Of a stretch of DNA of 53,867 nucleotides, positions 1-11,813 are shown one piece after another; the first letter of the stretch is position 1, and every line of letters begins with the position of its first letter. A program made the translations under genes and the position numbers. The notes under the pieces were generated by a model. That model saw only the letters and a program-made list of their open reading frames with translations, had not been told where the DNA came from and ran no database searches. This stretch comes from Spirogloea muscicola (Eukaryota). The stretch covers positions 253,380 to 307,246 of the forward strand of contig WELB01000021.1 of NCBI GenBank assembly GCA_009602725.1, given 5' to 3'.

Positions 1-664
1 CCTGCGGCAGGCCGCCCGCCGCCGCCATGGCCGCCGCCGCCGCCGCCGCGACGCGGGCCCTCGTCAGCAGCGAAGCCCGGCGCCTCCGCCGCGACGCGGG
101 AACTCGTCAGCCGTCAGGGCAGGCCCGGCGCCTCCTCCCTCCCTCCTCCTTCCACCCTCCTCCCTCCTCCCTCCCCGCCCTTGTCCCACCCCTCTCCCCA
201 CCTTTTCAAAGGTCGCTTTACTGAGGGTGTGCTATATCGAAGCCCCGCCCCCCCCCTGCTCTCACTCCGCGCCCTCCTGCCACGTCGGCTCGCAACGCGA
301 TCTAGGCGGGGGGGTGCGGCCCCGTCCGCTGCCCATTCACAAGCTTCCGCGTGGCCATGAAGTGCCACGCGGCCGCCACGCTGGCTCTTTAGAGTTGCGG
401 GGACCCGAAGGAAACAGCGTGAATGACAATGCTGAAAGCGTGAATCAAAACATGTCCTCCGAAGCCTGTGGATCTTGTTCATTCTTTTTTGAACTGGCTT
501 CTCACAGCCCTCGCCCCATGCCCTCGCAGTGGGGTCCCTCGAACTACTCCCGCGCGCTGCACCTGCGTGCCGGCAGAGCCCTCGCTGCTGCCTCTGGCTC
601 TGGCCAGGGGACCCGCTTCCAGGAACCCAGTTTCTCTGACCTGAGGCTGCTTAGCAGAGCTTAC

Positions 665-1168
665 TGAGTGCTTCGTAGCTGCTTAGTTTCTTCTTGTGCT
701 TGTTTTTTTGTGCTTGTTTCTTCTTTTGTGCTCGTTGTTCTTAGTGCTTCCCCTGGCCCATTCTCGTCCTTTGTTCATTCTTTTTCGGGCTGGCTTTTTC
801 CAGCCCCTATCCGTATGGGCGAGCCCTTCTTTGAACGAGGCGTGTTGATCTGGTGAAAGGGGCAAGCGCGGCCAGATTAACTGGTGGCTGGGAGAGGGGA
901 CGCTGGGAGGTGGCAAGCGGCTCCCCATGGCCGTCGTCCTTACTGAGCTTCCGTAAGGAGGAAGGGGAAGGGGCTCCGCACCTCTGAGGCCGGCTATGCT
1001 GTGAAGGTGGCCGAGCAGAAGAAGATCCAAAGAAGAAGGGCTCGCCCATTGAGGATAGGGGCTGGGGAAAAGCCAGCCCAAAAAAGAATGAACAAAATAC
1101 GAGAAGGGGCCAGGGGAAGCACTATAAAAACAAGCACAAGAAGAACGTAAGCAGCTACGAAGCACTCA
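665..1168. mobile_element. Putative non-autonomous foldback/MITE-like element with ~140-165 bp imperfect terminal inverted repeats
   Basis: Left arm TGAGTGCTTCGTAGCTGCTTA...ATGGGCGAGCCCTTCTTT (665-~832) is the reverse complement of right arm AAAGAAGAAGGGCTCGCCCAT...TAAGCAGCTACGAAGCACTCA (~1029-1168). ORFs 668+ and 683- give near-identical spurious peptides. No transposase and no clear TSD. Confidence 0.7.
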
Positions 1169-2829
1169 ATCTACAAGGACCATTTTCCTGGGAAAGCCAC
1201 TACTTCTGGGAATACTTTCAATCTGCCTGCCATGGACATCCAACAGGTGTTACGAGGATTGGTGGTCCCTTGCTGCTGGTCTCTCAAGCTGACTAGCGGC
1301 GTCACGAGCAGGGTGCGGCACCTCCTGGAGGCTCCGTGCCTTTGGGTCTTGTTCCTGCTACCGCACGGATCTATCCATGTGCCTCCAGCGGTCCCAGTCG
1401 ATTACTTTACAACGCCGTGCTGGTCGCACCTTCGCTGGAATCTTTGATTTGCGCACTAGCTCTCCCTTCCCTCAACTCATCTGAATACTATTGCTGACTT
1501 GGGATTACTGAGACTGCCCTGTTGCCCACGTGACGGCTTCGTACAGTGTACATATATTTCCAGAATTATTTGTTTAGCACTCTGCTGTTTTTCAGCCGCC
1601 CCCATAGATCAGCAGCCGCGTCCTCATCTTCCGTGTTGCACAGCCGCCCCTTAGCCTTCAGCAGCCGCGTTCTCTTTAGAGAAGCTGGCCTTCCGACAAT
1701 ACAAAGAGGTGGAGGCGACATCTGCTCTATCTAGCTAGTGGGCATGTGTAGGCCCTTCACCCTGAAGCAGGGCTTTGACAAGGACAGCAGTGGCGAAAGC
1801 CCTTCGTGTGAGCGTTAGTGTCAAAGCCCTGAACGTCAGGTAGCTCACAAGTAGTGGCAGTAAGATAGCAGAGACAAGATCAGCAGCAACTGTAGCACCT
1901 GACATCAATAGTGATGTCAAGTTGCACACCATTTGCTCTCTGCCGTTTCGTAACCCTTACTTTGCAAAGATGTACAGCAGTGTCCACCTGACACTATCAT
2001 CCGGGCTAAACCTTGAGCTTCCTGACTGGCCCACGGACATCAGAGGAGGAAGTTTTGAAAGGGCAAGCATAGGCAAGTTCACGCTGCAAGCTACTAAAAT
2101 TGAAGTACATGTATAGCGTGCAGCCTTTGTTGCAGCATTCAGCTAGTACTGCCCTGTTGAGAATGCAGCTCGCCACTAGCCAGCTCAAGGGTAGTGCTAT
2201 CTCCGGCAAGCAATGCCAATACTGCTATTGCATGCCATTAAGAATCCACAGAGCTATGGTGGTCGCAAACAGAAACCAACGGTCAACGACAAACGGACAC
2301 CTTTCTCCCTGCGGGTTGATTCCTGCCGAGCCCGATGGATAATTAGGGGCTCGCTGTACTGAGCAGGCCGCGTACAGCTAACACGGTGTTGTACAAGCTT
2401 GCAAGTATTATTCGCTCTTGCAACTGCTGGCCATTGCGTCAAAGCACCACTTCGTAAGACGATTTACTGCTCCAATCACAACAGCTTGGGCCTACTGGCA
2501 GTATGTCACCCCTTCCACCAAGATGCAGGGCAAGGCAGACGACCGATTGGACCGCGACTTGTACAAGCAAATGTTGAAAAGGTAATTCGACAAGCTCCGC
2601 AGAGGTTGGTGCTGACTGTGATTGGCCAGGGCCCAAGAAAATGTATCAAACAACGCGCTACTGAGGAGGAGGCAGTGGCTGAGAGCCAGCTTATAAGAGC
2701 ATTTGGTAAGGACATAAGAGCGTCAGGGCAGGACGGCGTCATCAGAGGTAACTGGGTGGCTCAACAGAGCAAGCGGCGAGCGACCAGACGATTTCCTAAG
2801 AGAGGGAAGCACTTAGCACTTAGTAAAAG

Positions 2830-4660
2830 GTAGCGATGGCTGTGATTATAAGCAGCTCTTCTAGAGGAGGGCCAGGGCTGTGAAGAAGAAAAAGTTAGCA
2901 GCTCATCCACAGGGGGCGGGCTGTGAAGGGCCAAGTCACAAAGAATATGAATTGTCCACAGGGGCTAGGGCTGGAAAGGGCCAGCCCATAAAATAATAAC
3001 AAGCGGTGTTTCTCCAAAAGGCAGCCCCGTGAAAGTTGACAAGAGTCTCGGAGGAAGGCCCAATACAGAAGATATAATGATGGAGGGCCTGAGTGGCCAA
3101 GTACATAGGCAAGCACATTGACAAATCTTCCGGCTCTTTGGACCTTGTCCATCCTTTGTTGGGCTGGCCTTTCCCAGCACCTACCTTCTATGGGAGAGCA
3201 CTTTCTCGATGTAGATAACCTGCTGCTAAGCCAAACTTCCAAAGGGCTGGCTGTTCACAGCCCTTGCCTGCTTCGTCCATTCTTTTTGGGCTGGCCTTTG
3301 CCAGCCCCTACCTTCTTTGGCAGAGCGCTTTCTTCTTCGGGAGAGCCCCTTTCTTCGCAAAGAGAATGGAGTGTGTATTAAGTGATGGAAGCCCTGTGTG
3401 GCCAAGTACAAAGGCAAGCACACTGACAGATGTACATCACCTGCTGCTGACCCGCTCACTAACCACCAGTCAGCACATAGAGGGCGCTAACCGATGCCCG
3501 CATATCGGACGGCAATGTACAAAAGAAAGCAAGCGCGGCCAGATTAAGTGGTGGCTGGCAATGTACAAGCTCTTGTGCCACCAGCTAAGGCTCGAGCAGC
3601 TTTCTGATGCAAAGCACGAGCCTGAGCTCGCTGCAGACAGGCTGACAAACGATGTCGCAATAAAAGACAAGTAGGCTGCCGGCACGCCCATCTGGGCTGG
3701 AACTATTCTCACGTCGTGCATATCCCAGGCTCCAAAGGGGGGTGAGGGCTGTGCAAGGCCAGCCCAAAAAAAGAAATAGCTTCACAAATAAAATTGGAAG
3801 CTGTAAACGTGAGGAAGTAGCTCTGCCAACGGGGGCGAGAGCTGTGTACATCCAGCGCGAAATTCTAACAAGGTCCGAAGAAGAAGTGCTCGCTTATAGA
3901 GAAGAGGGGCTGGCAAAGCCAGCCCTAAAAGCCCCCTTACTCTCCTTCAAAACATAGCCAATCTAGGTTACACACGACATGCAGATGTGTTCCCGGCTGA
4001 GATGGGCTTGCCAGCTGCTTATCTGTCGTTGTTGCGACGACGAGTTTCAGCCTGTTTGCAGCGTGCTCAGGCTAATGCTTTGCACCAGAAAGCTGAGCGA
4101 GCTCTAGTTGGTGGCAGAAGGGCTTCGTATCTGCCATCTAGTATCCAGGCATCGGTTGGCGACCTTTATGTTTTGACCCGTGGTTACTGAGCGGGTCAAT
4201 CTACTGTAGCTTAGGTAGGTCTTAAGATGTGCTTGCCTTTGTACTTGGCCATTTGGCCTTCGTTTGTTTCAAATACACGATGTTTCTAAAAGGGGCCGAA
4301 AAGCGGCTTCCCAGAAGCGCTTTAGTTCTTCTATCTGGGCGGCCAATCACAGCCTCGCTGTCTTTCTTTCCCCAAGCTTTCGGAGGCAAGCGCGGCCAGA
4401 TTAACTGGTGGCTGGGAGAGGCCAGCCCAAAAGAATGGACAAGGTCTGAAGGAGTCGGAGTGCTAAGGACTGAGACAGCAGTAAGCTTTCCCAAGCTTTC
4501 CCTGTTGGATTACCACTTTAACTCATGTCAGGGAGCCGCAAATCCAGAGAATAGGAGCAGCCTGGTGGTTGTGAGAGGCCAGCTCAGAATGAATGGGAAG
4601 AAAGACTCTTCCGTCAACGGGCGATGGCAGTGATTGGTTAGCCCAGAGAAGTGGGAAGGT
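2830..4660. repeat. Cluster of modular dispersed repeats containing a nested inverted repeat (~3399-4250)
   Basis: TGGCCAAGTACAAAGGCAAGCACA...TGACCCGCTCA.TAACCAC (~3399-3466) pairs with ~4180-4251. Segment ~3568-3702 pairs with ~3990-4125. Recurrent modules are GGGCTGGC-ttt-GCCAGCCC, CAAGCGCGGCCAGATTAA and GATGGAGGGCCTGAGTGGCCAA. Confidence 0.75.
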
Positions 4661-4979
4661 CAAGCGACACGACAAGCCCCTGGGCCGGAATGCGCAAGAT
4701 CGGGCAAGGCACTGGACAGGCAGCCCCGAAGCTCGGACGCCAAAGACCAATGGCGGCGGGAGCTTCTCTTTCTCGTACGAAGAATGGCGGCGGCGGCGTA
4801 TCGCCTTGGCCGCCCTTCCACGGGCTGGCCACGTGGATCCCCTGGGGCTCCCACGGGGTCTTGAATCGGTGTCTTGATTGGCTGACCGCCGCGGCGCCTG
4901 GATCGTGCGGCGCACAGGCGCGTCTAGGAATTGCATCGCCGCATCGCAGCCGTCTGCTGGGGGGGGCGACCCACAAAGG

Positions 4980-5004
4980 CGGCCCTTGGCGAGTCCCAAG
5001 AGCC
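4980..5004. promoter_or_regulatory. Nitrate-responsive element (NRE)-like NLP/RWP-RK site upstream of NRT2
   Basis: cGGCCCTT-GGCGAGTCCC(10 nt)-AAGAGCC is a pseudo-palindrome matching the plant NRE layout tGACcCTT-N10-AAGAG, ~790 bp upstream of the NRT2 ATG. Confidence 0.5.
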
Positions 5005-5773
5005 GCCAGCAGGGGGCGCCCCATGATTGCCCCCCCTCGCGCTGGCGCCGACTCATTGGTCGAGTCAGCTGCTTGTCAGACAACGATTGGTTGCTGAAGG
5101 ACACGTGTTTACAATTGGCGGCAGATTATTGGCTGCCAACTAGTCCCGTGGCAGCCCACGGGGCAACGACACGGCCGCGCGGCTGCAGTGCCCCCGGCCC
5201 AACTCCCCCTCCCGGGGCCCAGGGAATTTGATCCGCGCCCCGGGCACGGCGTGGGCAGTAACAAGCACCGTATGGGCAACCGCGCCTCCATTCGATCACG
5301 GATCCAGATCGTCGGACCGGGGGTTCCACGGGGGCGTACCCGGGATCCGATCACGGGGGCCAGTCGGCTACCCGCCGCCCCGACCGCCGCTGCTGTTACG
5401 CTAACGGCCCCCATAACCACGGGGCTCTGTGCGGAGCCGGTGAGGCGGTAAGTGCCGGTTACAGGCCGCTGTCAGCCGTAAATGGCCGGTTACTGTGGGC
5501 CCCGCCCCAGTCGACGCCCCCCCCTTCCGGAGCTTAAGGCCCGCCACTGCAAAGTTGCGGAGCTCAGTCCCCACTGTAGCCAGCGGCCGCGGAAGCCGAG
5601 CCCGGGCCCCGCCGCCGCCTGCGCCCTCCCAGTTGCCTCGGCGCCTCTGCCTCGTCTCGCCGACGAGCCCGCGGCCGCTCAGCTTCGTTGGCGCCGGCTC
5701 CGGCCCACTGTCTCGCTCGCTCGCTCGGCCTTCTCCTCGCTCGTGGCAGCCGATTGCGCCGCTGTAGCTGCCA

Positions 5774-8700
5774 ATGGAGGCCCACATGGGCGCCCCGGTG
5801 GGCCAGGAGGGCGTCGGCGAGCCCGGGTCGTCCATGAGGGGCGTCACCGGCAAGTAAGCTCGCCATCAAACCTCGCCCCGGCTCGCCGCTGCCTTCGTGT
5901 AATCGCCGAGCTGATCTCGCTTCTGACAGCAATTGGCAACGTCAGTCACTATCTCCGTCTCTGGCACTTCTGGAAACGTTACTTCGTCGTCCGCATTTTT
6001 CTTGCTCACCAGTGGCCCATTGCACGGTCCCGAGGTTGCAGGGAAGCTGTGTTTGGGTACAACAACTGGGCCGGTCAGAAGGACCCCACTGGCCAATTCA
6101 GCCTGCCGGTGGACTCTGAGCACAAGGCGACGACCATCAGGCTGTACAGGTGAGGTGCACAGGCTCTGACTAATTAAATAAATTATTAATACATACTGTC
6201 CCGCCGCAACGATCTTATTCAGGGGACAGCAGACCTAGCAATTCTTGCCACCTGGGTCATCATCGAGACGACCAAGCTGGTGTGGCTGACTTGGGCCTGC
6301 CTAATGCCTATGAATTCTGTTGTGCATGCAGCATTGCACAGCCGCACATGCGATCATTCCACCTCTCCTGGATCTCCTTCTTTACAGCCTTCGTGTCTGC
6401 CTTTGCTGGTGAGGCGCAGTCATTCTCTTTCTGGCCAGACTCTCAGGTCTAATAAGCAAGGGCGAGCTTCCAACCTTGCAGCAACTCCTGAGCTTTTGAA
6501 CTTGCTGGATGCCATGCTCACTGTGGCTCCCATCTCTTCCTCCAACAGCCCCTCCACTGATCCCCGTCATTCGCGAGAACCTGGATTTGACCAAGTCTGA
6601 TATTGGCAATGCTGGAATCGCCGCTGTCACCGGTGCTTTGTTCTCCCGTCTGTTGATTGGTAAGTCTGCCTCAAGTGCGCAAGTGTTCCTCCAAGCTACT
6701 CCCCCCTCCCCTGGCACGTCAATCTTGCCGCTAGTTGCCTGTCTGCAATTGCGAGCAAGTGACCAGGCCGAGCTAGAATTTTCTAAGAATATGATGTCCC
6801 ACTCAAGACAAGGTCACTCTGTGCTGACTGACAAAATTTCACTTTGGATGGGGGGGCCTCTTCAGGAACACTGTGCGACCTTTTCGGACCTCGGCAGAGT
6901 GCTGCTGCTTTGCTCATGCTCACTGCTCCGGCAGTCATGTCAATGTGCTTTGTCCGCAATTACATAGGGTTCATGATCGTGAGGTGCTGCATCGGCCTTT
7001 CTTTGGGGACATTCGTCAGCTGCCAGGTGAGGTACAGTAGGGACTACATTGCTTACACAAGAACGCGTATTTCGCAGCGTCTGCATCCGAAGTTGCGAAT
7101 TGTCAGCAGCTCTTACTTGTGGAGCTTAAAATGGTGTGGCACTGGGGTTTGTCTTGATCGACTAGCTCACTCAGAGGTGTGTTGCGCACCGGCTGCTCTT
7201 AAATTGTCGTGGCTATTGATGTGGCATGCAGTATTGGATGAGCAGCATGTTCAACACCAAAATTATTGGAGTGGCAAATGGTCTAGCTGCTGGTTGGGGG
7301 AACCTTGGGGGAGGGGCAACCCAGGTACAACCACCATCTTCTCAGGCTATCAATGCATGTACTGATCTGGGAATCTGTAGCCTGCTCAGACATCTCAATT
7401 GTCCAGTTACGAGTCCCCTTACTTTTTGCAGCCGATTGTCATAAGCTCTGGTTGAGCAATGCCTTCACATTCAGCCTTGTGGTGGTTCTTGCAGCTCATC
7501 ATGCCTCTTATCTACAACCTCATCCATAAGGACATTGGATCATCGGACTTCACCGCGTGGCGCATTGCCTTCTTCGTACCAGCTGTGGTCCATATTCTAA
7601 TGGGACTTCTTCTGCTGTTTTTTGCTCAAGACTTGCCCGATGGGCAGTACAGAGCCTTGAAGAAGTCGGGTCAGAAGGTCAGCGACAACGGCGCTAAGGT
7701 GCGTTTGATCACTTGCTACAATGTTCTGCAGCTTGGATCCTTGCATACTCGAGCCCATTCCCTTCAGCAAAAACTGCCCTGCTGACTCTTCCTCTGATGT
7801 GCAGGTAATCTGGAATGCTGTCACCAATTATCGTACTTGGATTTTCACCATTACTTACGGCTACTGCTTTGGAGTTGAACTGACCATCGATAACGTCATT
7901 GCCAACTACTTCTACGATCGCTTCGACATGAACCTCACAGGTAAAGACTAATCAATCTGACGATAATCTACTCTGTTCGTATCACAGTGCCTCCAATTGC
8001 CAACAAAGACTGGGTTAACTTCATTCTCACTTATCTGCACTCGCGCCTCTGCAGATGCTGGCTACGTTGCAGCTTCCTTTGGTCTGATGAATATATTCTC
8101 TAGGCCCCTGGGTGGTATTATGTCTGACATGTCTGGTGCCAGATATGGAATGAGGGGCCGTATATGGCTCTTATACATCATTCAGGTGAGCTGGATCACT
8201 CTTAAGACAAAGACAGTACACTGATGCAGTGCTGTCAATGTTAGTGTCATATCTCAAATTCAAGTTCCGTGCAAAGACGTCTGCAATGATTGTACAACCT
8301 GCTCACAGTCTTGGCTACCACATTGCAGACACTTGGAGGAGTGTTTTGCCTCATCCTGGGCAAGATCAATACGCTGGCGCTCTCCATCGTCATCATGCTT
8401 ATATTCAGTTTCTTTGTGCAGGTGCTAAGTCCGCAGCAGTAATCTAGTTGCGCCACGACATATCTGTATGCTGAGACTCAAGTATGATGTATGCTCAATG
8501 AATACACACAACATTGCAGGAGAAAAGGGCAAGGTATACCATAGTAACACTGATTGCAGCATGCGTTGTGTGTTACTAACATGGACTGGTGTCCTTTGTA
8601 CTCCCATGGCAGGCTGCCTGTGGTTGTACATTTGGCATCATCCCCTTCATCTCCAGACGCTCATTGGGCGTAATTTCTGGACTTGTGGGTGCTGGAGGGA

Positions 8701-9382
8701 ATGCCGGGTCTGCCATCACTCAGGTAAGAGCGATGGCATTGGCGTTGTTATACTCTTCTGGTCTTTGATTTGCCGACAAGACTTCCTGACTGCTACTTTG
8801 GTAGCAAGTGACACCAACAACTGGCTGCTTTTGCAGGCTATATTTTTCACGGGAACTGCCTACACAACAGAGCAAGGGCTCACATGGATGGGTGTGATGA
8901 TCATCTGCGTCTGCGTCATTGTTCTCCTTGTCTGGTTTCCCATGTGGGGTGGAGCTATCTTCCCTGCTCGTGCAGCAAGCACAGGTAATCTGGACTGAGT
9001 GCCACATGTTCAGTCACATTGTTCTGCAAATAGAGAAGGAATAGCTAGGTTTGATAGGGTTATAGCTTACAATTCTTGCTCATAACTGAACACCAGCTAG
9101 TCATGCAGTCCATGAATAATTCTAACCTCATACGTCATGATGCCAGGCGTGTCTGGTGATGTGCTATCTGTGCTTATGCTTGCCTCGTCCAACCTTTCTG
9201 CAGAGGAAACTTACTATGGCAACGAGTGGTCAGCTGAGGAAAAGATGGAGAACAAGCACGCTGCATCCCTCAAGTTTGCAGAAAATGCACGCTCCGAGCG
9301 AGGAGCAACTGGCTATCAGGATTACATAGATACCAACGGGGCACCTGGAGCTGCACCGGCCAAGACAGTTGCTGCTGTCTGA
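5774..9382 (+). CDS. NRT2: High-affinity nitrate transporter NRT2 (MFS, nitrate/nitrite porter), 13 exons
   Basis: Phase-consistent GT-AG exons: 5774-5853, 6042-6149, 6332-6408, 6549-6659, 6866-7026, 7232-7324, 7495-7698, 7805-7940, 8055-8185, 8329-8421, 8613-8723, 8837-8984, 9204-9382. Motifs [31 protein letters not shown], nitrate signature [22 protein letters not shown] and [13 protein letters not shown]. Confidence 0.97.
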
Positions 9383-10844
9383 GTATGTTAGTGGACAGTT
9401 GCACAAGTGGCTCTTAACAGGGTATGGACTGGATGCAGGTTGTGTATAGCAGCATCCTCCACTGCAACCTTCAACATGTACAAGTTGCTGTTTGAAAATC
9501 GCCATTGTTGGTGGGGCCATTTTACTTAGAAGTGTCATGAGGTTTTTCAGCCACTTTCCGCTCCTCCTCTTGGCTGATTGGTAGCCATCCTAAATTTCGC
9601 GAAATCTGGGACCACCCCACTCAATGTAGTTATCTATACTTTATAGATTGGGACCAACCCTAATTGGGACCAACCCTCTTTCTAAACATCCTACTCAGCC
9701 CTCTTAACACATTTTTCCGACGCTGTTGACCGGGTAATACAGAGAGATTAGACAGACTCGTAGGTGATACGAGTTAATCAACCCCTAGTATGTACAATGC
9801 CACACACCCTTTGATGAAATCCTTTGAGCTGTGCCATTTACTGTGTTGCCAGCAAATGTGCTGCCCTTCATAAGTATGTGCTGTTGCGATGAAGACAGTA
9901 CGTACCAGGCTGTGACCAGTGTCTCTCAGATTGGTCAGAAAACAGTACTGTTATCTAGTTGCAGATTGTTTGGAGCTTACAGATAACAATGTTCCAAGTC
10001 ATTAGAGATTGAATAGCCCTGCGACTTCAGATTATTACTCTCATTAACATAGATGTGTACGCTCAGCTTGTGAAGCGAAACATTTGACACAGTGCCTCCA
10101 AAAGGAACCGCAGAACCTCTCTTTCGTTAAAATTCGACTTCCTTACTCTTCTGCTACTTACCTGCTCGTTGTGCAATTCATGTAACTTCTACTGAGCATA
10201 AACCGCTCACGAACACTTGCGGTCACAACGAGTGACAATCCCGAAGTCTACAAGTGAAATTCTCGAGTCGTTTGCAAATTGTGCCAAGGTGTAGCAATAT
10301 TGATTCAGCAGCTGCAGCCGTGTTGAAAAGAACATGACGCAATCACCAGCACCGCACACCGCATGTAGCACTGCCCCCTTTGCTACTTTGTCATATCATC
10401 ACGCGGAATCGAACCCTTGCCAAGGCTTGATTATCCGAGACCCCTGAAAATGTGGCGCGAGTCGTATGCTCCCACCGGCGCTCCTCCACCAGGCGGCTAG
10501 GGAGGATTTGCCACCAGCCATTGATATGGCGAGACGCTTCGCTGGAGCTTTTCCAGGTGTTCATCTTTCTATGTTAAGACCAATGACAATCATTGCTCTC
10601 TACTGGAAAAGTCTTTCTCACTTTCAGTTGTGCAAGCATTGAAATGTAAGATCTGTGCAAAAAGTGCCTACGCAAGCATTGCCCGTGTCGATGGCACTTG
10701 GCGAGGCACGGCGGAACCGCTGTCCGGCCAGAGCGCGGTGGTCGCAGGCAGCCAGGCAACTCGGATCACGCGACGCGGTAAATCCCAGGGAGCGCGAGGG
10801 CGTCCTGGGAGAGCGCTGGGGCCACTGGCAGTGGCCAGAGTCGT

Positions 10845-11550
10845 CAAGTACAAAAGGCAAGCAGATCGACAAGCACATCTACACTGCTATGCCGGCGCGG
10901 GGGAGGAGTGCCTGTACTGAGTGATGGAGGGCCTGAGTGGCCAACGACGATCGCAAGCACATCTGCAGATGCACATCTCCTGCTGCTAAGCTGACCCGCT
11001 CAGTATTCAGACCCGCTCAGTCACGAAAAGGTCAGCCAGTAGAGGTTGGCAATCGGTGCCAGAACACCTGACAGCAAACTGGCAGCCCTTTCTGCCATCT
11101 ACTAAAGCTCGTGGGTTTCAGGGGGGCGACGCTTGTCAATTGATGGAGGGCCTGAGCTGCCAAGTACAAGGGCAAGCACATCCCACAGACGTACATCACC
11201 TGCTGCTAAGTCGACCCGCTTGGTATCCACGGGCCAGCAGAAAGTGGACGTCGTCGTGGTCCCCGTACACCGGACGGCTGATCCCAAGCCCTCTTGTGCC
11301 CGCCGAGTAAAGTTAAATGGACAAAGCGGCGCTCCCGAAGGAGTCGGCGAGGTGTGCGCATGAAATGAAAGGGAGGCCAATCCAAGCCAGTACATTCTTT
11401 AGGGGAACAATCAGTGCAGAAATAGCAAGGCCACAGGAAACGAAGCCCTCTGCTAACGTGGCTAAGGTAACAGTGTGACCGTAGAAACCAAAGTGGGCGA
11501 GGGCTCTGAAATGCCCGCCCGAAAAGACTGGACAAGGTCCGGAGGGGCCG
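10845..11550. repeat. Further copies of the modular repeat family
   Basis: GATGGAGGGCCTGAGTGGCCAA (~10923, variant ~11142), CAAGTACAAgGGCAAGCACA, CTGCTGCTAAG..GACCCGCT and ACTGGACAAGGTCCG match modules at 3080-3460, 4435 and 37865. Confidence 0.7.
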
Positions 11551-11813
11551 AATAGCGCCGAAAAGTGGACTAAATAAGTGGTACGTCGCCAACAATCGGT
11601 GCCCGAACACCGGGCCGCTAATCCCGAACCCTTTGCGGGCCCGCCCGCGTTAAGGCTCGTCGGGGGACACGTGGCGGCGCCTCGGGGGCCTCGCCCGGGC
11701 GAGGGGCCTGCAGGCGGCCCTCGACCCCGCCGCCGCCGCCGCCGCCGCCGCCATCGCCGTCGCCGCGTGCGAGATGCGGCAGACGGCGGCCGCGAGCCAC
11801 GGCAGTGCTCTCN

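Noticed and set aside
1735..2833. ORFs 1735-1932(-) and 2399-2833(+) as genes or retroelement remnants
   Set aside because: No recognisable motif and no consistent exon chain.
665..4500. Recurring palindromic modules as a CRISPR array or REP elements
   Set aside because: Degenerate, irregularly spaced and in both orientations in a eukaryotic context, with no cas genes.
4523..5932. Long overlapping Arg/Pro/Ala-rich ORFs
   Set aside because: By-product of GC-rich promoter DNA with few stop codons. Only NRT2 exon 1 is supported.
9647..9677. ATTGGGACCAACCCT direct repeat (x2) downstream of NRT2
   Set aside because: Short local duplication. The TCP-like word alone is not evidence of function.
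10400..10420. GGTTCGATTCC B-box-like motif on the minus strand (tRNA or SINE?)
   Set aside because: No proper T-stem pairing, A-box or cloverleaf around it.
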